Source: an uncultured bacterium (GTDB taxonomy: Bacteria > Planctomycetota > UBA8108 > UBA1146). Taken from it: a DNA stretch of 64,000 bases. Below are positions 57,306-64,000 of this stretch, piece by piece. The notes beneath the pieces are model-generated. The model ran no database searches, was not told the origin of the DNA, and saw only the letters and a program-made list of their open reading frames with translations. The DNA is taken from the NCBI GenBank assembly GCA_913056395.1, contig CAJXMG010000012.1, positions 8,659-72,658 of the forward strand. The letters run 5' to 3'. Both the position numbers and the translations under genes were made by a program. Every line of letters begins with the position of its first letter. Position 1 is the stretch's first letter.

Positions 57306-58678
57306 TTCCCGTTCGTCTCCACTTCGATGACATCCATGAAACTTGAGACGCTGAAGATGGCGTTGCCCGCACCGGGAGGTCCGTATCCGGGAGGAACCGG
57401 CAGGCCGTGTTCCTTGTGGCAATCCCTCCAGGCCACCAGCAGTCTCGCGTGATATTCAAGCGGAGCCGGCGGCTGCAGTTCACCCGCATTTTTGCGGTCG
57501 ACCACCAGCGGTGACAGGGGCTCCGGACACCACACCGTGAATCTCGGGCAGACCCCCTGACTCATGAAGAACTGCAATCCTTCGCGGGTAGATTCAACCG
57601 CCTGTTCCGGATCGGTGTAACCATGGGGGCGAGACATCTCGATTCCGGCTACAAAGTTGGGGATCACGTTCTCGGCACCAAAGATATCGGTGGCGGCAAT
57701 GATGCGCCGGTGCCATTCGTCCCGACCGACGTATGCGGTTTTTCCAGGACACAGAATTGGAAAGAGTTCTTCGTCCCAGATCTCGTAGTTGGGGTGGTAA
57801 ATCTGAATCCCGGCATCCTTGAGAATCTGTTGCTCATCTTCTGGCAGCGCCTGTGTCACCGCTTTGGGGATCCAGCGACCGGGGAATTTCTCTTCGATGG
57901 CACGGGCGTAGTTGGCGTAGAACTCTGCCTCTCCCTGCCCCTTCAGGCTGCGGGTGACCGACCCTCCAGTAAGGGTGTAAGCCTTTGAGGGCGAGTTGAC
58001 CCGATCGAGGATGCTGAGAGCCTCGAGGACTTCATCCATGGGCTTCACGGTTCGATAGGGGCGACCCGCTTTGACCTGTTGGCGGTAGTTTTCGTTGATG
58101 TCGCAAAAACGGCATTCTTCCTTGAAGCCGAAGTACTGACATTTGCGGTAGACGGTGAGGTACACCAGGTAGCCCCATTCGATGGTGGGGGCGACCTCAT
58201 GAACCGGCTGTCCATTTTCCAACGTTTCCTGGTAGTACTCGGGGACAGGCTGCAGGTCGATGTGGGAGATGGATTGATCTCCACAGGTCAAGGTGAGCTG
58301 ATCTCCAGCCATATCGGCTCGCCATGGCGAGTAGGGGTTGACCCTTACCGAGACAGTCGTTCGGCGAAGATCCCATGCACCGCCATTCAATTGAATCTCT
58401 TCGGGGGCGCTGAGGTTTTCTTCTTGGGCCATTTCATCGATGGGCACCATGTCGAAACTGAAGATGAAATAGGACTTCCGTTTGAAATCGGCGCAGTATT
58501 TCAGGGCTTCAGGACTGAAGGAGATCCCGAGGCGAAGCAGATCCTCTTTGACGAGGGCTTCAACTGGAAGGTCGGGGAACATGGCCCGCAGGCGTGAGAC
58601 GTCTTCCAGTCGCTCTTCCCCCTGTGTGAGAAACAGATCCTGGCTGGCGCCTGCATGGGATTCTGGAGGGAGATTCAT
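57302..58678 (-). CDS. Radical SAM protein with non-canonical CX8CX2C motif, function unknown
   Basis: CQYFGFKEECRFC, TLTGG, HPNYE, CPGK, NFVAGIE; GAGG RBS. Confidence 0.8.
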   Translation of the reverse strand: MNLPPESHAGASQDLFLTQGEERLEDVSRLRAMFPDLPVEALVKEDLLRLGISFSPEALKYCADFKRKSYFIFSFDMVPIDEMAQEENLSAPEEIQLNGGAWDLRRTTVSVRVNPYSPWRADMAGDQLTLTCGDQSISHIDLQPVPEYYQETLENGQPVHEVAPTIEWGYLVYLTVYRKCQYFGFKEECRFCDINENYRQQVKAGRPYRTVKPMDEVLEALSILDRVNSPSKAYTLTGGSVTRSLKGQGEAEFYANYARAIEEKFPGRWIPKAVTQALPEDEQQILKDAGIQIYHPNYEIWDEELFPILCPGKTAYVGRDEWHRRIIAATDIFGAENVIPNFVAGIEMSRPHGYTDPEQAVESTREGLQFFMSQGVCPRFTVWCPEPLSPLVVDRKNAGELQPPAPLEYHARLLVAWRDCHKEHGLPVPPGYGPPGAGNAIFSVSSFMDVIEVETNGN

Positions 58679-58732
58679 GGGTTCACCTCACCGTGAAGGA
58701 GTTTGAGTTCTGACTAGGTCTCTATTGTCTCG

Positions 58733-58761
58733 CCGGATCCCCTTGCGGCAAGGGGATCCGG
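58733..58761. promoter_or_regulatory. Perfect inverted repeat between the DUF481 and radical SAM genes (operator or stem-loop)
   Basis: CCGGATCCCCTTG-cgg-CAAGGGGATCCGG, no U-tract; contains the minus-strand TTGCCG-N16-GACAAT -35 element. Confidence 0.6.
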
Positions 58762-58777
58762 GCTCAAGAGCGTTTCC

Positions 58778-59797
58778 TCAGAACGATTTGGAGTAGCCGA
58801 CTCCGAGCAGAAATTCGAGGTCATTCTCGCGAATCCCCGCGGGTGGACTGCTGTCGTGACGGGCGTTGATCTGGGCATTCAACGAAAAGCCGCCGACCAC
58901 CCGGGTTCTCAAACCGAGTCGTGACTGTGCAAGAATGTCATCTGGGTCATCGAGGGAGACAAAGAGAGTGTGATCGTGGAACACGGTCAGGTCTCCTTCT
59001 CTGAGGGTCCACTCGGCATTGCCCGCAACGCGCAGGGTGCTGGCAGAATCATCCTCTGCGACCTTAAAGTCTTCATTCAGTGCGGAGATTCCCGCTTCCT
59101 CTGACCAGGTCAGATCCTCCCGGTCGAGGACCTGTATTCCGGCACCGATACCGGCAGTGGTTCTCAGGGAAAGGTCGGCGAATCCATCATTCCTGGCTCC
59201 GAAGCTGGTGTAGAGGAACCATTCGTCCTCAGGGAAGAAATCGTATTTCACCTCGGCTCCGGTGGAGCGCTTGCTGACCACTTGATTGTCTTCGGCGTAG
59301 GTCCAGTCAATCTTGGAAACGAAACGGTGGGTCAGGTATCGAAATTTGTAATCGAGATTCATGACCGCAGAGGTGGTCTCCGTATTGCCGGAGGTTCTTG
59401 AACCATTCAGGGTGATGGTGGCCTTCTGGGTCGAGGTCGGTGGAGTTTCGGGAGTGGGGTTGATGGCGACCAGGTTTTGTCCCGGTACCCGAGTCTCGAG
59501 CAAGTCGTTAGCGATTCGCCATTCGCCATTTTCGTCCATGGAGAGTAGGCCCTCGATGGACATGCCATTGTCGGTGACAAGGGTTGCCGTCTTGCCGAAT
59601 CGAAGACCTTTGACTTTTTCGGCAGCGATCTCAATTTCGCCGACTCCATCGATGTTCATGCGATAGACGTTGTCCTCGAACTGGAGAATGGAACCCACCA
59701 GTGAGGAGCCGTCGACCAGCTCCAGGATATCTGCGTCTGAAGTCGTCGGGTTTACCACTACCTGCAGTGTCAGCACCAAAATCAGTGTGGAAATCAT
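58778..59797 (-). CDS. DUF481 (YdiY-like) outer-membrane beta-barrel protein
   Basis: Signal peptide; D.LEL.DGS.L.G N-domain; GNTET, amphipathic beta-strands, C-terminal GVGYSKSF ending in Phe. Confidence 0.85.
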   Translation of the reverse strand: MISTLILVLTLQVVVNPTTSDADILELVDGSSLVGSILQFEDNVYRMNIDGVGEIEIAAEKVKGLRFGKTATLVTDNGMSIEGLLSMDENGEWRIANDLLETRVPGQNLVAINPTPETPPTSTQKATITLNGSRTSGNTETTSAVMNLDYKFRYLTHRFVSKIDWTYAEDNQVVSKRSTGAEVKYDFFPEDEWFLYTSFGARNDGFADLSLRTTAGIGAGIQVLDREDLTWSEEAGISALNEDFKVAEDDSASTLRVAGNAEWTLREGDLTVFHDHTLFVSLDDPDDILAQSRLGLRTRVVGGFSLNAQINARHDSSPPAGIRENDLEFLLGVGYSKSF

Positions 59798-59823
59798 CTT
59801 CGAAGTTTCCTTTCGGGATGGTA

Positions 59824-59851
59824 TTGGGCGGGGGGACGGGGAGTTTACACT
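59824..59851 (+). promoter_or_regulatory. Putative promoter of the lpxL-like gene (TTGGGC-N16-TACACT)
   Basis: TTGGGC 59824-59829, TACACT 59846-59851. Confidence 0.35.
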
Positions 59852-59871
59852 GTCCAAGGTGGGCGTGGGAC

Positions 59872-60867
59872 ATGATTTTCTCGGTAATGATTACGGAATC
59901 GGGGGGGCGAGTGACAGGGTCTTCGAGTCAACCCCGACACTCCCAGAAGTTTGGTCTGTCGTCACTGATGGCGGCATTCTTTTCCCTGATGGTTGCTCTG
60001 CCACTGGCGATCCTGCCGGCACGGTGGGCCTGCTGGTTGGCTAGCCGCTTGGTATCGCCGGGCTGGTGGCTCGCAGGTCGGCGCCGACGGGTCACCCTCA
60101 GCAACCTGCGTCATGTTTATGGCCATGTCTGGAGTGACGGCCAAATTCGCAGGGTTGCCCGAGAATCTTGGCGGCGAGTCGCGCTGTCGGCGGTAGAAGC
60201 CTTGCAGATTCGACGCTGGCTGGCTGATTCGACTTTCCATGAGCGCATCGAGTGGGTGGGGCCGTGGGAAGAGATCGAGCGGCGGCACCAAGCAGGTGAG
60301 CCCTTCTTGCTCGTCAGCGGACACCTGGGGCCTTTTGAAGTCGTGCTGCCAACTCTGGTTCATCGGGGTTGGAGGATCGATCTCCTGTCACGGCATATCA
60401 AAAATGGTTACGTCCACAAAATGATGCACTGGCTGAGATCGGGAACAGTCCCGGGAATCCTCGACCCATCCGGAGCCCTTCCCGAGATGGGCCGCTCCCT
60501 TCGTTCTGGACGCTGCCTGGCGATGCTGGTGGATCAAAACACCCGGGCGGGTCTGCATGTGCCCTTCCTCGGTCGGGAGGCCGGGACTCTTCCGGTGGTG
60601 GGAGTTCTTCAACGCCGCTACCGGGTTCCCGTGGTGTACCTCCATGCCCGCAGGCTCGAGGAAGGGGTCCGCTATCGCATGCACTGTGAAATCGCCGACC
60701 TGCCCGAGGGGGAAGACCTGCGCCAGCATATCGACGGGGCCACCCGGGCGGTCAGTGCGAAAATTGAACACTGGGTTCGGGAAAACCCCGCCGACTGGCT
60801 GTGGATGCATCAACGCTGGAAGCACCGGGAGGACGGCAGTCGAGAGCGGTTGATCCCGGAGCACTGA
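59872..60867 (+). CDS. Lipid A biosynthesis acyltransferase (LpxL/HtrB-like)
   Basis: SGHLGPFE (HX4E), MLVDQ, VPFLGR.A, WVRENPADWLWMHQRWK; start uncertain. Confidence 0.85.
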   Translation: MIFSVMITESGGRVTGSSSQPRHSQKFGLSSLMAAFFSLMVALPLAILPARWACWLASRLVSPGWWLAGRRRRVTLSNLRHVYGHVWSDGQIRRVARESWRRVALSAVEALQIRRWLADSTFHERIEWVGPWEEIERRHQAGEPFLLVSGHLGPFEVVLPTLVHRGWRIDLLSRHIKNGYVHKMMHWLRSGTVPGILDPSGALPEMGRSLRSGRCLAMLVDQNTRAGLHVPFLGREAGTLPVVGVLQRRYRVPVVYLHARRLEEGVRYRMHCEIADLPEGEDLRQHIDGATRAVSAKIEHWVRENPADWLWMHQRWKHREDGSRERLIPEH

Positions 60868-60990
60868 TCCCTCCGGATTCCGTGTCGTCATGGGTGGAAG
60901 TCGTCCCCGGGAGGGGTACTCTGTGGCTTGGGTCAGGCGGGACCGGTTCCCCCGATCCCGGCTCTCTTTGAATCATCAGAAAGGATCCAC

Positions 60991-61905
60991 GTGCATCCAA
61001 CTGCTATACGGGAGATCAGCGTTCCCGGACATGAACCGATCCTGCGCGGAAAGGTTCGCGACATTTTTGATTTGGGTGACCATCTTCTGTTGGTGACCAG
61101 CGATCGTGTCAGTGCTTACGATGTGGTTTTGCCCCAGGGCATTCCGGAAAAAGGAGCCATTCTGACCCAGCTCACCCGCTGGTGGCTGGAGCGTCTCCCT
61201 TCGGAGATCCGTCATCATCTGGTCTCGACCAATCCGGCAGACTTCCCTGAACCTTTCCGCAGTGCGGCGGAGGAGTGGGGACCCCGGGCAATGCTGGTCA
61301 AGAAACTGGACATGATTCCGGTGGAATGTGTGGTTCGCGGATTCGTGGTGGGAAGTGGTTGGAAAGACTACCAGGCCACCGGCTCCATCTGCGGTATTCC
61401 TTTGCCGGAAGGTCTTCAGCAAGCGGATCGGATCGACGATCCCATCTTCACCCCGGCAGCCAAGAATCACGACGGTCACGATGAGAATATTTCCATCGAG
61501 AAGGCCGGTGAGATGGTGGGTCACGACTTGATGGCACATCTGAAGCAATTGTCGGTCGATATCTTCTCCCATGGTCGTGAACATGCTGCGACCCGGGGAT
61601 TGATTCTCGCCGATACCAAATTCGAATTCGGCATGGATGCCGAAGGTCCGGTTCTCGCAGACGAAGTGCTGACTGCGGATTCATCCCGCTATTGGCCCGC
61701 CGATGAGTACCGTGTGGGCACCAGCCCACCCTCTTTCGACAAGCAGTATGTCAGGGACTACCTCGCATCGGTGGGTTGGACCGGTGACGGAACTCCGCCC
61801 GACCTGCCCTCTGAAGTTGTGGAGGGAACCACTGCCCGTTATCAGGAATTGTTTGAGAGGGTCACCGGGGTGGCCTGGGAGACCTGGAAGGAACAGATGT
61901 CATGA
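60991..61905 (+). CDS. purC: SAICAR synthase
   Basis: GKVRDIF, SDRVSAYD, ECVVRG, LADTKFEFG, DEVLT.DSSRYW, DKQYVRD; GTG after AAGGA. Confidence 0.97.
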   Translation: MHPTAIREISVPGHEPILRGKVRDIFDLGDHLLLVTSDRVSAYDVVLPQGIPEKGAILTQLTRWWLERLPSEIRHHLVSTNPADFPEPFRSAAEEWGPRAMLVKKLDMIPVECVVRGFVVGSGWKDYQATGSICGIPLPEGLQQADRIDDPIFTPAAKNHDGHDENISIEKAGEMVGHDLMAHLKQLSVDIFSHGREHAATRGLILADTKFEFGMDAEGPVLADEVLTADSSRYWPADEYRVGTSPPSFDKQYVRDYLASVGWTGDGTPPDLPSEVVEGTTARYQELFERVTGVAWETWKEQMS

Positions 61906-62408
61906 GTCACAAGGTTCTTGTCGTCATGGGAAGTGACAGCGATTGGTCCGTGATGGAGACCTGCGCTGATCAGCTGGCCAAGTTTGGAATTGAAGCGGAA
62001 GTCCGTGTGTGTTCTGCCCACAGGACCCCTGAGGTGGCTCACCATCTCAGCAGCACTGCCGCCGATGAAGGGTATGCTGCCGTGATCGCAGCCGCTGGAC
62101 ATGCGGCTCACCTCGCCGGTGTGATGGCTGCCAGTACCACGTTGCCTGTCATCGGTGTTCCCATCGATTCGAGTGCTCTCGACGGCCTCGACGCTCTGTT
62201 GGCTACGGTCCAGATGCCTCCGGGTGTTCCGGTCGCCACGGTTGCCATCGGTAAACCCGGTGCCACGAATGCAGCCATCTTTGCTGCCCAGATCATCGGC
62301 AGTTCCGATGCCGAAATGCGTGCTCGTCTCGATGAGTACAAGGCCTCGATGGCCAGCAAGGTCGCTGCCAAGGATGAAGCTCTTCGCGGCAAGGTTGCGG
62401 GAGCCTGA
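61902..62408 (+). CDS. purE: N5-CAIR mutase
   Basis: [34 protein letters not shown]. Confidence 0.97.
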   Translation: MSHKVLVVMGSDSDWSVMETCADQLAKFGIEAEVRVCSAHRTPEVAHHLSSTAADEGYAAVIAAAGHAAHLAGVMAASTTLPVIGVPIDSSALDGLDALLATVQMPPGVPVATVAIGKPGATNAAIFAAQIIGSSDAEMRARLDEYKASMASKVAAKDEALRGKVAGA

Positions 62409-62424
62409 AGCTGAAAAAGCTGCT

Positions 62425-63327
62425 CTAGAATCCGAGATTCAAGAGCAGCGGCTGAGTGCCGGTCCAAAGGGTCGCACCGCCCAGAGTCACTGCAAGTGTG
62501 GCAGTGAGCTGGGCGGTGAGGCCCTTTTTTCCATCCTGCAGGCCGAGCCAGATCCAATATTTTTGAATCATGACGGCAGAGACGACGACCTGAATCATGC
62601 ACACCACGATCAGTGGGACCTCGGTGATCCAACTGGCCAGAGCGAGCAGGGCTCCGCTTGCCAACAGGGTCATGATCAGGACAAATGACTGAACCGCGAT
62701 GAGATCGTTGAATCTGTGAAACCCCAGGAGCCGGGCCAGCAAAGCATTGCTGATGATCAGCATTGTTACTAACAGGAAGGGCGGGGCCTCTCCACTCACA
62801 GGCATGAGGGATTCGAATCCATTGCCGATTCCCAGTTTTTGGTGAAGCAGTGTGACCCATACAGGTGCCAGAAGCAGGAATGCTGCTGACACTGTTGCCC
62901 GAAAGGCCGCAACCCAACCCGGTTCCGGGAAGAGGGGGTCCGGTGTCGCGAGGGGGGGCAAAACGATGCGTCTCCATGAGGCGATCAGCCGGTAACCGAG
63001 GGTCATGACGAGGTAGATGGGGAGAAAGTTGAGAGCACGGGTCAAAAACCCGGGAAAGCGTCGTTGGAGTATCCAGCGAAATGCTGCCGCCCCTGTCAGT
63101 GCTTCACTGCGATTGTTCTTCAGCAGGACGATTTCCCCGGCTCGACGGTGGCGATCGAGAAACTCACGATCGGTTCCGGTGACGAGAGTCGCTGCGCAAG
63201 TCTCCAGCTCTCCGAGCAGACCCCATTTTTCCAGCCCCCGAATACTTCCGACACAAAGCCTGCAGTCGCCGTCAAAGGCGAGAAGAGGTGATTTTGTTTC
63301 CGGTTTCTCTGGAGCAGATTCGTTCAA
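62425..63327 (-). CDS. DCC1-like thiol-disulfide oxidoreductase domain fused to membrane helices
   Basis: FDGDCRLC (DxxCxxC), G..AF, GYR.IA..R; hydrophobic C-terminal half; AAGGAG RBS before the TTG. Confidence 0.78.
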   Translation of the reverse strand: MNESAPEKPETKSPLLAFDGDCRLCVGSIRGLEKWGLLGELETCAATLVTGTDREFLDRHRRAGEIVLLKNNRSEALTGAAAFRWILQRRFPGFLTRALNFLPIYLVMTLGYRLIASWRRIVLPPLATPDPLFPEPGWVAAFRATVSAAFLLLAPVWVTLLHQKLGIGNGFESLMPVSGEAPPFLLVTMLIISNALLARLLGFHRFNDLIAVQSFVLIMTLLASGALLALASWITEVPLIVVCMIQVVVSAVMIQKYWIWLGLQDGKKGLTAQLTATLAVTLGGATLWTGTQPLLLNLGF

Positions 63328-63373
63328 GGTATCTCCTTGTTGCTCTTTCTGTTTGTGGGTCTCTCAGACCTGA

Positions 63374-64000
63374 TCAAACCCGAATCTCTGAAAATGGGGG
63401 CTGCAGGATCCCTTCCTCTGTGATCCAGCCTTTGATCAGGGAGGCTGGAGTTACATCGAAAGCGGGGTTTCCGTAGCGGATCTTTCCCTCAGGTCGATTC
63501 TCTCCCAAAGCATACCAGATTTCCTTTTCATCCCGTTCTTCTATGGGGATGAGCTGACCACTTTCCGTCTGAAAATCGAAGGTGCTGGAAGGAGCTGCGA
63601 TATAGAAGGGAACATCATGTGCTGCAGCAAGGGTTGCCAGCATGTATGTCCCGATCTTGTTGGCCGCGTCGCCATTGGCGGCGATTCGATCGGCTCCGGT
63701 GATGACCATGTCGATCTTGCCCCTTTGGAAGTAACTGCCGGCAGCCCCGTCGCAAATCACCTCCACCGGGATCCCCTTTTTTTGCAGTTCCCATGCGGTG
63801 ATACGGGATCCCTGAAGCAGCGGCCGGGTTTCATCGGCGAGAACGCTGAATCTACGGCCAGACTCCCAGGCGGCATAAAGCACAGAAAGTGCGGTTCCCG
63901 AACCGGCAGTAGCCAGAGCCCCGGCATTGCAATGGGTGATGACCGTTCCACCTTCCGGAACGACGTCTGCTCCCGACCGTCCGATGCGATCACAAAAGTC
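63374..64000 (-). CDS. mtnA: S-methyl-5-thioribose-1-phosphate isomerase (5' end outside the window)
   Basis: THCNAGALAT, DETRPLLQGSRITAWEL, GADRIAANGDAANKIG, IPIEER, NPAFDVTP; the frame stays open to the window edge. Confidence 0.95.
   Translation of the reverse strand, partial: DFCDRIGRSGADVVPEGGTVITHCNAGALATAGSGTALSVLYAAWESGRRFSVLADETRPLLQGSRITAWELQKKGIPVEVICDGAAGSYFQRGKIDMVITGADRIAANGDAANKIGTYMLATLAAAHDVPFYIAAPSSTFDFQTESGQLIPIEERDEKEIWYALGENRPEGKIRYGNPAFDVTPASLIKGWITEEGILQPPFSEIRV

Noticed and set aside
1-64000. Mobile elements, prophage, rRNA/tRNA
   Set aside because: No transposase, integrase or phage motifs, terminal inverted repeats or structural RNA signatures seen; nearly all the sequence is accounted for by CDSs

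Overview
Gene-dense, moderately GC-rich chromosomal window from a diderm bacterium, most likely Planctomycetota. The evidence is a Planctomycete-type ECF sigma factor next to a Hanks Ser/Thr kinase with TPR repeats, prenyltransferase-repeat and DUF1080-like proteins, an LpxL-like acyltransferase and a DUF481 beta-barrel. 0.25-14.5 kb: complete alternative complex III (actABCDEF plus a likely actG) followed by SCO and an A2-type caa3-like oxidase. 14.5-22.8 kb: cyoE plus DUF3179, divergent from an Rrf2-sufBCDSUT operon. The rest is mostly housekeeping and heterotrophy genes: aroA, mnmG, der, ruvC, infA, acs, ahcY, aceE, kgd/sucA, rnd, sfsA, purC, purE, a partial mtnA and four peptidases. I saw no tRNA, rRNA, CRISPR, transposase or phage genes, and no clear-cut new multi-gene system. 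Best leads: (1) a possible switchable RNA leader with an anti-SD before ahcY that lacks the known SAH riboswitch motif; (2) an orphan radical SAM enzyme with a CX8CX2C motif behind a palindrome that contains its putative -35; (3) a divergent ECF/kinase pair; (4) sigma70-like promoters that repeatedly show 16-bp spacers; (5) 13-15 bp tandem duplications, two of which copy a stop codon; (6) actinobacterial-type central metabolism enzymes in a diderm background. All family assignments come from motif recognition, not database searches.
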